Source: Haplodiscus bocki (lineage: Eukaryota). From it: a DNA stretch of 64,000 nucleotides. The translations under genes were made by a program, and so were the position numbers. Shown here piece after piece: positions 21,692 to 36,355 of the stretch (the first letter of the stretch is position 1; each line of letters begins with the position of its first letter). The stretch covers positions 3,286,001 to 3,350,000 of the forward strand of contig OZ296652.1 in NCBI GenBank assembly GCA_965655095.1, given 5' to 3'. The notes beneath the pieces are model-generated. The model was given only the letters and a program-made list of their open reading frames with translations. It was not told the origin of the DNA and did no database searches.

Positions 21692-24600
21692 CTGGAACAT
21701 TTCAAACCATTCTTTTCGTTTCATTGAATAACCCACATTCGATTGTCAACAAGCCCTCAACACTCAATTGGCACAAAAAGCTTTGCACAAGGCTCGCAAA
21801 GGCCAAACACCACACCACAAATCAGCATTGCACCTGTTATAAGCCTTATTGCAGGCGTTGCCGATTTCATGCTCAATTCTCTGCCCGAAAATCATCCATA
21901 TTTGACGAAAAGTTAGATTTTCAAGATTTTTTTTGAACAAAAATCACCAATGGAGAACCTCGTATTCCCCAAAACCACTAAAATTCATGACAACACGTAT
22001 GCCTCGACTGTCCAGTAAATACGTCATTAAAAAACAAGAGGCACAGTCGCACTGCGACATTTTTCGTCATAGGGATGCAGAAAAGATTGATCGAATATAT
22101 AAATAGTGCTTTTCGATTCAGACATTGCCGGAAGAGCTCAAGCCTCTATATTCTCATTTGATCCTTATTTTTTTTTAATTTTCAACTACAATTACAAAAC
22201 GATAAAAATGTATTGCACTTGCGCAAGCAGTGTTATATCGCACAATAGCTTTGGAAAATTATGAAATTGATGATCCACAAAATAAAAATAACAGTTGCAC
22301 TTTACGGCATTTTCCGCCTATCATAAAAATTCTGTTGATCGTGCAAAAATCAGAAAAATTCAATTCAAAAACCCTTCCACAGACAAGAGAATGTCAATTG
22401 AAGCACTGATGGAAGAAGTGAAGCCAATGGTCACAGAGAAAAGAGAGTTTGAAAGAAGGGATAGGTCAAAACTAACATCAAGACTATCAGGATTCCGGAG
22501 CAAAAATTAAGATCCGTCAACTTTCTATACAGTACTCCTCCTTAAGTAGAGAAGTGTTGCTTGAACCCTTGATGGAAGAATTCAAGTTCGCATTTGTGGA
22601 GAAATATGAGATCGAGAACCTAGATGTAAGTACTGATAACATTTTTGGCTTTTTCGGACGGTCACAAATCGGAAGAAACATATATGCACTAAGGCCTCAG
22701 TACTAGGCTAGCGGCAAAAACTTCTCAGCTCGTTAAAAAGAAGGAAATTCCGCCATCGCATTTCAAATTAAACCTTTTTGCTACGCGGATTTGACATAAA
22801 TCCAAGCTTTTCAAGCTTTCCTTTTTTTTTGACATAAATCCAAGTTATCAAACTAGATCGATTTTAACCTTCTGCGCGAAAAACCTATCGAAAATTACCT
22901 GAATGCAACTCAAACATAATGTGCGGTACAATCGAGGTTTCTTTGTTATTGCAATACTAAATCAACGTCATTCTGAGTCCTCGCCTCCAGGACAGAGGAC
23001 TAAAAACTCAAAAAACTTGAAATTGGAAAAAGAACCCCGATCTGAAAGTCTGCTTCGTGAATACTGAATATTGAAATTTTCAGCCCAAAATCTAGGTAAA
23101 CAATGGGAGCCTCAAGGTTAAAATAATTGAAATTTTCGAAGAGTTTTTGGAGTCAACTGCCCCAAGATATTGAAACTGGCAAAATGATCAAAATAGGCTC
23201 AATAACACTTTGTCGCCAGAAAACCAAAAAAATAGTTCTAACCAAAACGAAAAATCAATAAAAAAGAGAATGGAGTCTTCCTGTTACACAAATGGAAGGT
23301 CTGGGCCATTTTCAGGCAATTCTTTTAGGAAATAGTGATTAAATTGATGACAAAACAAGATCAAAATAGCTGAAAATAGCTAAACTTCCAAGTTTCTAAC
23401 TCAAACACCTTTCAAAAAGTTCTGTATTCCGTGACATGAGGAAACCGTACGAGGAAATCGACTGAAGTCTCCACCCAATCCTGTGCAAAAAATGGAGTCT
23501 TTGAGACTCCTTCCAGTATATAAGATTTCAAACTGAGAAGAAAGAACTCAGAAAATCAATTTTGAAAACATTTTCGCAGAGAAAAAACCGATCGATATCA
23601 TCAACACCCATACGAGACACCGCTATGTCATCATTGGGAGTCTCTGATTGAAGTTTTACATAATTTGAGTAGATAGAGGAATAAGGTGCAAAGACTTCAA
23701 ATTGACCAACCTTTTCGAAACACCAAAATAAGATCGATTTTCAAGACTCTGCCAAATAAACGCCCAACGGAAAAATTCTCGCAGTAAAATTAAAAACCCG
23801 CAATCCTTTCCTTTCTGTGCCGAATTGAGGGTTTCTATCGAACTTCCTTCTAGTACAAGGGACTGAAATTTGATGGAAAAGGTATATATAAACTCGACTT
23901 TGAAGATCTGCTCGCAAAAAAACTTATGGAAAAACTTTGTCACTGCAACTAAAAACATCTGTTTGATAAATGCGAGTTCTTCGAATATCGTTGTTCAAAG
24001 ATTGAGTAAACTGGAGAGCAAGGCTCCAGAATAGATGAATTGAAAATACTCGAAACACAAAACAAGCAAGATGTTCAAGCTTCTTTCGCAGAAACAGATC
24101 GAAAATTTGTCGAACCGCAAACGGCGTTTAGTATGTGATGAGAAAAGGGTCTTACTGTCAAGCTTATGGAAAATTCAGGTAACTTTGAGCACCAGATGAA
24201 GAAATAGGTGACTTATATTATGACAATTAGGGTCCAAAATTATGACAAAATTGGCTTGATTTTCGACTTTCTCTCGCAGAAAAAAGTCGGGCCACAACCA
24301 AGATCTCGTACGTGCTGGATTGGTTTCTTGTAGTAACGTTTCTGCATAAATCAAAACAATCTGTAGAATAGGTGAAGAAACAAAACTTTTGAGATGGAAA
24401 ACATGAAAAAAATTGCCTCTAATTTTTCCAGTGTGGGTGTCTGAAAAAGCTTCGCTCAACTTCCCTTTCGTTACGCTCAGCTGACAATGAGAAGTTTCTC
24501 AAAAGTCCTCCTCCAGTGAAGACTGTGGATTATAATCTTTAGAAGAGGAGTGAAGCTGGTCGTCTTGAGAAAGTAATATTTTGAAAGTCGAGAAATGACA

Positions 24601-27318
24601 AAATTACGAGATTTTTGGTAATTTACGAGACTAACGATTCCAACAGAACAGAAAAATTCACAAATTTTGCACTCCATAAGTGGAAGGCTGCTGATTGAGA
24701 CCCTGATAGTAGAAAACAAACCAATAGTTTTTGAAAAAAAATCATATCGAAAGTTCAAAATTATTAGCGCTTTTTGCGCTATCACGATACCAAGGGCAGG
24801 AACAGATTATTTTTCAATTGATTAGTCTACCTCAGGCAAAGAGCTGTCGATGGCACCCGTGATGTATAAGCTGAAACCGGTAGTTTTCTTGGACAGTATT
24901 GAGTTTCAGACCAAGACTTGTAGTTTTTAAAGCATTCCTGACATTTTCAGCTAGCAGGATTCCGATGAAAATAATAACATTGATAACTTTTCCTCCGAAA
25001 AGTCTTCCTCAAATGAAAAGTTCTCGACTAAAACCCCGATGAAAAAATTGAACAACGCAGCTGTGGAGAAAAATGAGTTTCAACATTCAATAATATCAAA
25101 ACTTCAAAACTATCAACTATCTACAGAAAATATACATTTAAGAAAGACTTGAAAACTTTTTTGGAAAAACATTCATCAATTCATCTTTTTTCCGGACTTT
25201 GAGTTAAAAAAATCCGGACTTTGAGCGGAAAAATGTCATCAGGGTTGTTAAAACCGCTTTCTACTAGGACAGAGAAAAACTGGGTGGAAGTTTCTTCCCT
25301 AAATTCATAATTTTTTCCGGACTATGTGGGAACAATTTTCGAAATTTGAGCGATAAGTTTTGGGCAGAGTTGTTAAAATGGCATTTCAACTTTCCACAGT
25401 AACATTTTCGGTTTTTGGGAAAACGTGAACATGTTCACTCTGAATTTGCAAATTCAGAAAAAAGTCTACATACTAAGGGAATGATTTTACTCTCGTAACA
25501 AACATATTACGACGAGAACAATAAAGGAAGCTGCCTGCGGGAAAATGATATTTTTTTTTGGTAGGAGTCGAAGTTTCCGACATAATTTTTCAGAAAAGTT
25601 CGACAAAAATCATAAGCAGGCCAGTCCGAAGAAAAAATCATGCCCCGGTGTGGTGAGCCTGTGCGATACAGTATCAACTCGGAACATTCAAACTATTTAT
25701 AAAAGACCTTTCAGTCAGATAAAATCGAGAAAAAAATGAGATGAAGGTTGTTTAATTTGATTTTCCACCAAAGCCTTATCGAAAAAACTGGTACCTGTCA
25801 TTAACCAACGATAAGCCATCGAAAGAGTACCGACAGTCCTCAACGAAAATGAAAATGACAGAAAACATTTTCCTGCCACAATTGCCCCCAAAAATCAAGA
25901 AATATTCTCGGCAAGCTATCAATGAACTATTTCTTAACACATTTTATCGATTAGATAGCATTGGCAAACGCCCAAAACAATAAGAACACTGAAAGCCCGT
26001 GAAACTATCACTTATCCTCTAAAAATACAGCGTTTTTCAAGAATATCAATCTGTTTTTCTGCAGCCAACAATCGTGAGCGACAATAATCAAATACTGAAG
26101 GTTTATTTGAGCAAAAGGTAACAAGTAAAAGGGCGCCAAAGTTCATAAACGAAAAGGACGAATGACGGAAAAACGGTTCTCGTTTTTTAAACCAATAAAA
26201 AAATCAACTGCCGAAGACTTTGGACATAGTCAATCACAAACTTCTTGCACTATTATGAGATAATCAGGCTGATTGAACCAATAGGTGACGGGTATTTTAG
26301 CGCCAAAAAAACAACCAAAAGTTATGATGGTGGTCACAAATCGTTGAGGAAAGAAATAAAACACAAGCTTTCACTAAAAAAACTCGCAGTGAGATCTCAT
26401 CAAAAATCAATAAAAATGCGCCATCTATTTTACTGAAAGCCTCGGTTCATCAAGGATAGTATTAAAAGCTAATGATTTAAATTGGAAGTTAACGAAATGG
26501 ATCAATCTTCATCTTTTTCCGCAAAAACCATTTTTCAAAAACTTTCTGACAGTAACCAAACGATGGTACGTAAAGAAGGAGATTCTCCATGTAATGGCAA
26601 TGCCAAATTGGCGTCGTTTTCAGACAATAATGCCAAACCACGCGAGTTAAACTTCATAAAATCAGTTCAAACAGGCCAAAACAGCTCGATTTTGAAGTTT
26701 CTTCCGGAAAAAAACTACCGAAAGTAAGTCGGAATGGGGTAAAAGGCCTGAATTTCCCGGTGTTGGTGTCTAAAGAGGATTCACACCGCTTGCGCAATGC
26801 TCGCCTGAAACGAGACGTTTTCTCGAAAAAAAAATCAACTTGTGTATTCTCGAGCCCGTACCAATGGCTTAAAAGTCTTTTGTTCAAACCTCTAAACCGC
26901 CGGGGCCGTCTAGAGCACCTGGTTTCTTTAAGTAGTAAAAAGAGTCACCAGTAGGTTATTTTACTCAAGTAAACCACCGACTAAAAATACAGAACATAAA
27001 CATGCCACGCCTATCAACAACTCGGAACATTAAAACAAACATTCAATAAGAGCAATTTTTGAAAACAGTGAAAACGAATTCGCTGAATTAAAGTTTGTCG
27101 GGTCGGAGGGTTTGACGAAATGCGAAACTGCATTTTAGATAACTTATTTGAAGGATTTTTGCGAAGTTTCGCTTGTAAATAATTTAGCCTTCTTCAATAC
27201 AAATTTCACATCAAGTATGCATGATTCATGATTATGTACCACTCAAAACATTTTAAATAATTATCTGGACAAAAAATTTAGATATTAAATTCGGAAATTC
27301 AATACTTTTTGCATTTAC

Positions 27319-27651
27319 CTCGCATATTCTGCGCAACGTCTTCAATATGACACTCCATTTTTTCAATTCCTTCTTTTTCATCTAAGTCCAAATAAACGCA
27401 ACCACCATCCAATTCTTCGTCAAATCTACAGTTCAGAATAGTGTTATTTTCCACACAAAAACTTCCAAAGGTGCCAATACTGTTAATGCCGTAATGGCTT
27501 TCAACTTCGATTTTTGGAAATGTTACAGAATCTTCGTCCACAATTTCTTCTTGAGATGTTTGCGAGTTGATTACCAGCCCTTGTTTTTCTTCACCTGAGG
27601 TTGGGTGCACGCGGAAGTCTGGGCTAAGAGATTCCATCCTATTCAAAACAT
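27319..27651 (-). CDS. USP37: USP37-like internal exon
   Basis: ttcattttag| acceptor and G|GTAAAT donor. 333 nt open, phase 1 to 1. Confidence 0.75.
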
Positions 27652-30641
27652 CTAAAATGAAAAAACCCCCAAGTCCAAAATCTTTATTGATCAGCCAAAA
27701 ATCATCAAATACTACCACGCTTTTAATATTCCAATAATTTCTGATCTAGTCGATCTATATGGCGCAAAATTGAATAACTCACCACACATACAAAAAAGTA
27801 AACATGCAATGGTCCGACAACAGCCCCCCCCTACCCAGATATAAAGCTCAAAATTCGGTTGTGTTTGTTTCCATCATTTTATTGTATCCATCACAATTAC
27901 CAGAATTTTATCGATTCCGAAATTTTAATTACAACTGAAGTTAATTTGCTTGCAATTTTTTCCCAGAAGTTTGGGTTTTACGAAATTATTGATTGAAACT
28001 GCCTTGAAATGATTTTAGAACTGCGTGTTGGCTTAATTTTCCTTCGAAAAACATTTCGAAAGGAAATATTTCATTTCAGTAGCGGAGTTTATTCATATAC
28101 CGGAAATTACTCATGTTACGCAGAGTTCACAGAATCTAGTTATGCGGTTGCATAGTCGGCACTCTTAGTGTCTTGCATATTACGGAAGAGCATTTTCATT
28201 GCGGCTAGATAGCTGCCAGGCAGTAGGTTCCAATCCCTCAACAGGCCGTTTCTTTTATAAATTTCTCAAACCATACGCTTTCGAATCACATAAAAAAGTT
28301 TTTTCATAAATTCTTAAGGATTTTTAAACCTAGAAAAACCTCTATAGAAGCAAACAGTTCTGTTCTGATTTCTTCCGAAAAATTTTTTGGTTTTTCTCGC
28401 ACCCGAGAACCATTTTTCTTCAACACTATCTCCTTGATTCCACTCGCGAAGTTCTCAATCAGTAGCATTTTACTTCTATGCAGAATCAGCAAAGAGGAGA
28501 GTTTACAAAGAACCATCGATTTTTTTGAGTTGGAGTCTCGATGTCAACCACAAATGCCAAAAAACGCTATAACGAATCACAAAACTCCGTGGTAAAAATC
28601 ATATTTCTCCATAAATATTGTTTTGATTTCTGTCATCAACGTCTCAATCAGCAGCGTTTTAATTCTAAAGCACTTTCCATTCAAAAACCATTGATCTATT
28701 TCTTTCTGTCGGCCTGATGACAGTCCAAAGATGCCAAAAAAATGCTAAAATTCACAACAAATCTCGACATTTGAAATCATATTTCTCCATAACTACTGGT
28801 TTGACTTACTCGATGAAGGCCCCAATCAGCAACTTTCTATTTATGGAGGACTATGCTTTTAACAATCGTTAATTAAACTCACACCCGAATCCTGACACGC
28901 CGAAAAAGCCAAAGGATTGTATTAGTGTTTTCAGTTCTCGGTAATAAACTAAATTTTCGTGAAAAATACGGCTGAACTTCCCGTATCGAGGTCTCAATCA
29001 ATAGTGTTTTACTTTTGCCGGATTATTAGATTGAAAATCGGTTTTTTACCTTATACCGGAGTCTTAATTGCTCGAACATGGCTAAAAGTGCTACTAGTAT
29101 AGATAAATCGACATGCAATGTCATGCCTCTGTAAAGTTACTTTCTTGATTTCCTAGGCGTTACTTGACAGCATTTCTTCCGTATAAGTCCTTCAAATCGA
29201 AGTTTCCTGGATTTTCTTACAATCATCAGAAACTTGTTAGGTCGAAAATGCCATCCCAATTTTCATTGTTACTTTGTCGATGTTCAAATTCATATTTCTC
29301 TAAAGGTACTGACCGCAATTCTTCCACCAAGCCTTCAATCGACAGTTTTCTGTTTTTTTTCAAAAAAAAACATCTCATGAAAACCATTTGTTGCATGTTC
29401 GATCAATAATTTCTGCAACCAACTGACAGAAAATATCGCAATGCCACTGCGCCTTTCTTTTTTTTTAACTTCGAGAAGTGCTAGGAAACATTGGAGCAGA
29501 GGTTTAATTATTTCACTAGAGAACTCACCCATTCGATTAGACTTTCCCGGTGACGGCGTACTGATTACACGGAGCTGCGCTGAAACATGGATTAAAATCC
29601 AATTAAGGGCTTATTGTTATCCGCACATATTTAAAATATGACAGGAAAATCATCCACTCAACGCGAACGTTTTTTAAACCCAATGTTGGCCAATTGATAT
29701 TGTCCGATGTTCGACGACAAGCCGGAAACTTTCTGACCTCGAATTTTTTTTCACTAAATTGTATCAAATTTGACGTAAAATGCGACTGAAATAGTAAGCT
29801 TTCTCACAAAACATTCAAAATTTGGGTTTTTTTGAAAAATAGATAAGTTTTTTCGAAAAAAAACTTTTCAAAATCGCTAAAGGTGGCAAATTTGCTGTAG
29901 AATACGTATCTATTGATATATTTCTCAAAAATGTTTTTGACACCGTAATTGTAGGATTTTTTTGGCGAAAAATCAGAAAATTTGTAAATTTCGAGAAATT
30001 CGTAAATTTGGAAAGTATAACGAAGAGAGTATTTTGAAAAAAAAACGCTTACGGCTTTTTAAAAAGCATCGTTACCAAAATTGGAGGGCAGAAAATATCC
30101 CGGTGTTAGACACTTACAATTCAGTGGAACCTTTTTTTTCTCCTAACGCAAAAAATAATTTACTTCAGGTGATTCCAGAACTGCAAGTTTGTATTCTCTC
30201 AGCAGAAAGAAAAAAATATAGTCATCAAGAATGCCAGTCGTTGAAATTAGGCGCTGGGAAGTTTGCATAATCAAAAAAAAGAAGTGTGCTGGTTTCACGA
30301 AATGGACTGATAATTTTGAAAAAGCAGAAAATATCATGGAAATAAAGTTGACAGATTTCAGATACGATTTGAATCAATGAACCACTTGAAAGAGAATTCT
30401 AGTGCTTATTATGTCACTTGAAAGTGAACGAAATTAGATAGACATTTTTTCACTAGCGTAAATAGGATTAAAAAGATTGCATTTTCTCCGCTATGGAAGC
30501 TGACATCTTTGTCACTCAGCCGACGTGTCACATTGCGATTTGTGACGGAAAAGAAGAGAACAAAATCGAAAGTTGTTAAGCATTCTCTTTATGTCTAAAA
30601 TGTCCATGTTTGGCCACCTCTGAAATTTAAAGTCAGCGAAC

Positions 30642-30967
30642 CTAAAGATAACCCGGAGTCTGTGGGAGGCGGGGGAGTTACTGTTCTCTTTCTATCCTCC
30701 ACCAGCAATTTCTCACTTTCCTGTTTTATTATCTTTCCAACCCCTTTCTCTTGTTTAATGCTTTCCACAAACACCTCTTCCTCCCCCTCTTCATGATATT
30801 CTTGGTTGACGAGATTGTCATCCGAGTCGTAAGTGCAATCTATTTCCATCATCACTTCGTCGTCGCTCTGTTCATTTTTCACGACGTCATCTTCTCGTTC
30901 TCGGGGAGGCTTCTGTGCGACAGTTGCACAGATGACAGTGAACTCAGTCAATCCATTGTTGTGCATT
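30642..30967 (-). CDS. USP37: USP37-like acidic internal exon (alternative in-phase acceptor at 30994)
   Basis: Open acidic frame (EDDVVKNEQSDDEVMMEID...). Acceptor ctcacag|; donor G|GTTCGC chosen for phase (2 to 1). Boundaries are less certain. Confidence 0.65.
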
Positions 30968-31633
30968 CTGTGAGAAATGTTACTCTCAAACATTCTACGA
31001 ATTACGGGTTATTTTGCTTTTCATTTGGAACCTACTTTGCGCAAAAACAAAACCTGAAAACGTTCTCATGTCAAAACTCCAAATAAAGATTTATAGGTTT
31101 AATTCGAGTTTCCAATTGAAGTGAAGTTCCACATGCATTTTCCGAGTGCAAGTTTTGTTTTTTCAAAAAAAATGAGAAGTCCCATTTGTACTTCAGAAAA
31201 ATTAATCACTGAGAAGTCCAAAAAAGATTTAAACGCTTTTAGCAATTATCTACAATTTGCTGTATTAGCCAATAGAATAGCACAAACTGAACCATCATAT
31301 TGCCATCGTTTGTTTCATTCCTTCTTCATTAGATCTGGTGCAAAACTTCTCAGGTCACTACGCCAACACTTCGCGTCAAATTAGGAGCTTCCGTCACTAG
31401 GCTTCCACAAAGTAAGCTACTCTTGTCGTAATTGTGTAACGTAACAAAGCCATGGAGAAGGTGGAGCATCGAACAATCAACCTTTCGATCGACTGTAGAT
31501 GCACTACCATTCAACCCTTTCTCCATTGCGTCCCTAATAAGCTACGATGGCTTAACTTTACAAAACTAACAAAAACTGCGAAGGTTGGCCACTTTCTGAA
31601 GTTAAAACCCGAACCAATGACGTCAGTGAATAC

Positions 31634-31820
31634 CTGGGAGCGTATGTGCGGCTCGAGGAAGTAGGCTTGATATCATCAGCAGGATAAGAACAGTTGTCCA
31701 AATCTGTACATCTGAATTTGTTGATATTCATGACCTGTTCGTTGCGGGGGTCTTCCTGTTGACACTGAGTGAAACAGTCTGCTTGCAAACAAGTTCCACG
31801 GAACTCGTCCCTGTCCCATT
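31634..31820 (-). CDS. USP37: USP37-like internal exon
   Basis: ccgttttag| acceptor and AG|GTATTC donor. 187 nt open (EWDRDEFRG...RTYAPR), phase 1 to 2, fitting both neighbours. Confidence 0.65.
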
Positions 31821-34800
31821 CTAAAACGGAGACATTACAATATAGCACCAGATGGTCAAGTTATCCAAAACCTTCAAATTACCGAAATGAATTAATTATT
31901 GTACTCTAGATTCGTCATGAGCGCAATGTCAAAAAATATTGAAACTCCTATTAATGAGTTTTCAAGTGGAGGTAAAACAAAGATGTTCACGGAATGCACC
32001 TTAATCGAGCAACGATCACATTTTATATCTTCATTAGCATCAAAAGTGAAACGAAACTTCAAAAGTGGCAAAATCAAATCAAGAAGAGTTTTCCCGAATC
32101 TCAAAGTGATGTTGCTTCAGTTTCAACTATTTCGAATGCCTGCTAATCAAATAGCAAAGCTATCCAAAATGCTGAACATGATTTGCTTGTAGTGAAACTT
32201 CATTTGAAAAAAAAGATATGGACAAGACGCCCGACTACCACCGGGACATTTCCGACTCCCAGCTTTTTAAAAACGCGTTTTAAGGAATTTTGTTCGAAAA
32301 CTACCTTCTTATTACTCATTCAACATGAAATTGGTCACAAACTATTTTCCAAAAAAAATATTGATTCCGGTCAAAAAACTATTTAGGGAATTTTAATATT
32401 TTACATGCACTCTACGGCAAATTCGCTACTATTTCCTGATGTGGGAAAAATCATGTTTTTTTTAAAAAAACAAGCTTTTATTCTAAAAAATTTGAGTATT
32501 TAAGAAATGCCACAGTCAGCCCAATTCTACGACATATTTTCAACTTTTCTTGGTAAAAATTTTCAAACTAAGAATCGTGAAATTTCGAGAAATCGTGCCA
32601 TTAACAAGCAAACATCTCAAAAAACGCACGCGAAAGATTTTTCCTTCCTAAAATAAAAAAAAAATGGCTGGAAAAAAGAAAGTAATTCTCCATACATCTA
32701 AAATTTACGCAGTTGAGCTGTTTTGCTTCTGCGATCAATATTATAATACATACGCAAACACAAAAAAGCCAGCAAAACAACTTATTCAACGTGACAACAG
32801 AGCCGAAGCTGTGCTTCACAACACTTGGGCCAACGGTATAGTAGTTAACAAATCGAACAAGTACACCTGATTTTTGAAGGGGCTATGCTACTACTTGTTA
32901 AAGAATTAAACAAGGATTTAATGAACTAAATTATTTTTTGAAAACTTATACAAGCGTTAAAAGTACAACAACTATAGCAGTTAATTTGGCTTATATTCAA
33001 TTGAGATAGGCGCAGATGCAGGAAAATAGGCCCGTGAACAAATTTTTACTACGCCAGAAAGCATGAATATATTTGCCCAAGAAACGTAGAGCAAATGAAC
33101 AAAATCTAGGCAACATTAGAAAGTAGGCATAAAGGCGAGTTGTGAACGGATCGGTAAAAAGCCTGTGATATAACAATTGCTTGCATAAGTTAAACCAAAC
33201 AACATAAATATCTTCGTTGAAACGTGAGCTCAATCAGAACTAAATCACTCGACGCGTAAGCGTGGTGGTCAAAGGCCTTCTCGTTACACTACTCAGAGCT
33301 CCATCAACCTAGAACAATCGAATCGTCGAAAGAAAAATTCCAATACCATAGAATTTCAAGAAAAAAAGACAAGATTATGTCATGATTTTTTTTGCGCTAG
33401 AAGCTGATCGAAAATCGAACATAATCGTTTATTGACCTATGGTTGCATTCACAGGTCTTTTAATGATCAGTCAAGTGATTTTATTCTACTAGCAATTGCA
33501 GGCCTTGACAACGATGAAAATGCAAAAAAAACATGAACATCGACTATTCTTGAAGGAATTTCCGCCAAAACTCTACTACATACATTAAAAATGATATCCC
33601 ATATGCTCCTCTGATAACCATGAAACGATTAACTCAAGCCAACCAAGGTATCTGCAGTCCTCAAACGACGATGCAATTCAAGAAAATTTGAAAATTTTGA
33701 CCATATCCCAAATTTTTCGCTAAAACTTCACCGAAAAATCCGATCGCTTTTGCCTCAAAACAATATGGACTAGTTCTTATTACTTTATCGAAAAATTGCA
33801 TTGGTACACCGCAGAAACGATACGAACATTGAAAACTGCGAAAAAGTACCACTTGCTCTCTCAAAACAGCGTTTTCAAATATTTTGAGCTGCTTTTGGCG
33901 GCAAAAACTTTCGGGTGTCGAACATTTTGGACATTGTCAACAACACCTCGGCCGTCTGTATTTGAGTGAAACAGGTCCATAAACCTAATAGGTGCCAAGT
34001 GAAGGGGCGTCAAAGTTTATAAACGAAGTAATTGGTCGAATAACGGAATTACACAATCGTTCCCCGTTAGTTTCGTCAATTTTTCACCTACCAAAAAATT
34101 TCGGGCGGCCAAAAACCAGGAAGTGGTGATTCAAAACGTACCCGAAATTTTCTCCGGAAATCAAATTGATTAGACCAGAATGTGAGGAGTAATTGAGCGT
34201 CAAAATTGAATAACTCGAGAAAGTTATGGCGGTCAATGTGAGACAGGAACAAAGGATGAGTTCCGCTTGGCCGTCGAGAAACTGCGCTGTACAAATTGAG
34301 AAAAAATGACGCACACTAAATCCATCCTATCCCCGAGCTGAGCCAACAGAACTAGCGCCGGCAACAATCTTATTTCCAAAATTTCATCGCTCAGATTTCG
34401 AATCAGAAAAGCTAAAACAGAAAAAACGTGCCACTTTTACACTTCTAAAATGTCACAATTGCTTCTGAAGCTCCTCCGTCGTTTGCTAAAGAAGGTAGAA
34501 TTGGCCTGTTACAATCAAAAACTACGAGAGACCCATGCTTCAAAAAGCTAAAATATGTGAAAAACCAAATTCGACATTTCGTTGACAAAATTTGCCCAAA
34601 AAAGCGCAAAACAGAAGTAATGTGACCTCTGACATCAAATACCGGTCTCAAAAGGCTCGTTCTAACAAACAAAAAAGGAATGGAGCGTTCGAACATTTTT
34701 TCACTGATGAAAAGCCCGACAGACATGATTTTTTCCCTGATTTAGTTCGGAGAAATTTCGACAAAGCTCCAGCCAAAAAAACGCCGACAATTTTCAACCA

Positions 34801-36126
34801 AAACATCAAATGAACTAAATCTTGCTTTTCCATCGATTCGATAGCATTTGTGGACCATACAAGCACCAGGAGCTGAGGAAGAAAATGAAAAATCACCACT
34901 AGCCCTCCAAAAATGTACCATTATTCAAAAATTCAAAATTCTTTGTCAATTTTCAGGCGGCGAAAATTTTCGACACAACATTTTTAGGCGTGGTCAATCA
35001 CAACCTCGAGCAAGTATTGGAGCATAGAAGAAGTCAATTAGACCAACAGGTAACACGTAAGTCGGCCTCAAAGTAAATAAACGCAGTGAGCAGATGGCTT
35101 TTGGATGAAATTCCCATATTTTAACCGCTGTTCACGTTGAAAACTCCTCAGCCGAAAAAAATCCGAAAATCTTTGGCAACATCCGGAAGCCTGATTTACT
35201 CTCGAACATCTTGCAGAAAACCAACAGCGTACCTTTTCAGAAAAAAATCTGAGACTTGAACATAAAATGACTACCAAAAATGGCACGCAAAGAAAAAACG
35301 CTAGTAAAGTGTAAACAACAGGGATTTCTCGCTTCTCTCGAAGCCCACCCAGAAAAAAATAGCAAAGTGAAAAAAATTGAAGATTTTTTCTGCTCCGCTC
35401 GAAGCCCCAAAAAAACATGGGCGCGACTAGCGTTGCACACCGGCTTCCAATAAACAAGCCCTAAGAGCAGCGTGTTCCAAACACTACGCAGAAAGTCGGG
35501 CTCCTACAGCAATTAAACGCCAGCTGCAAAAAGTTCAAATCTTGAAAAGATGAGCAAAAATATTTTGTTCCGATTCGTCTTTGAAAACACTCAAAACTTC
35601 TCAATTAGATAAAAGTTGATTAATCTCCGAGAAAACTACATTTTATCAGAAGTTCGTCTGTCGGAAAAATTTTCACCCTACGTGCTGTTAAACGTAGAGA
35701 CTCGGACATAGAACCGTTTCAAAAAATTCCAAGAGGTCACGTTTTCTGCGAACATTCGATTATCCGCCAAAAGGAGACCAATAAGGCATTCTGGCTTCGC
35801 TCGAAGCCATCAAAAGAAAACGCTAGTATAGTGTAAACAATAGGGAATTCTCGCTTTGCTCGAAGCCCCCAAAAATAAATCAAGCGTTTCCAAAATCCTT
35901 CGTAGCGTAATAACAGGCTTCCTTTCGCTGACATTCCGCTCGCCTAAAAAGTGATGTCCCCTTTCCGTTTGTGACTAATTGCCAAGTAATGATAGCAGAG
36001 AAAAAGGACAAAAATACTCGAGTTTCCAGAACTTTCTCGGACATGTAAACTTTGGCATTTTTGCTTCAAAGTGATTCAAAACTAAATGCACTAACTTCAG
36101 GAAGCTACAATAAAATAAAATCTCAC

Positions 36127-36355
36127 CTTGACTCAAGGGCTCAATTTTGAAAGTGGGCTGTTTACGTTGTCGGTATTCGTCAATAGAATTTTGTGTTGCA
36201 CAAGACACAATAGCCAAGTCAGATTGCGAGTGCTGTTCATTTTGCTGATCAATAGCAGCTGACGTCTCCAAAATACTCTTACTCAATTGCAAAGCCATTT
36301 CCAAATCTTTCTCTTCTTGCGTTTCTATGTGATGTTGCATACTCAATTGAATCGC
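36127..36355 (-). CDS. USP37: USP37-like UIM exon
   Basis: tttttgttcag|AIQLSMQHHIETQEEKDLEMALQLSKS...; canonical UIM EEKDLEMALQLS. Donor G|GTGAGA, phase 0 to 1. Confidence 0.85.

Noticed and set aside
31892-32104. FDANEDIKCDRC as the USP zinc-ribbon CxxC
   Set aside because: It is in the wrong order relative to the UIMs and is not needed for the phase-consistent exon chain.
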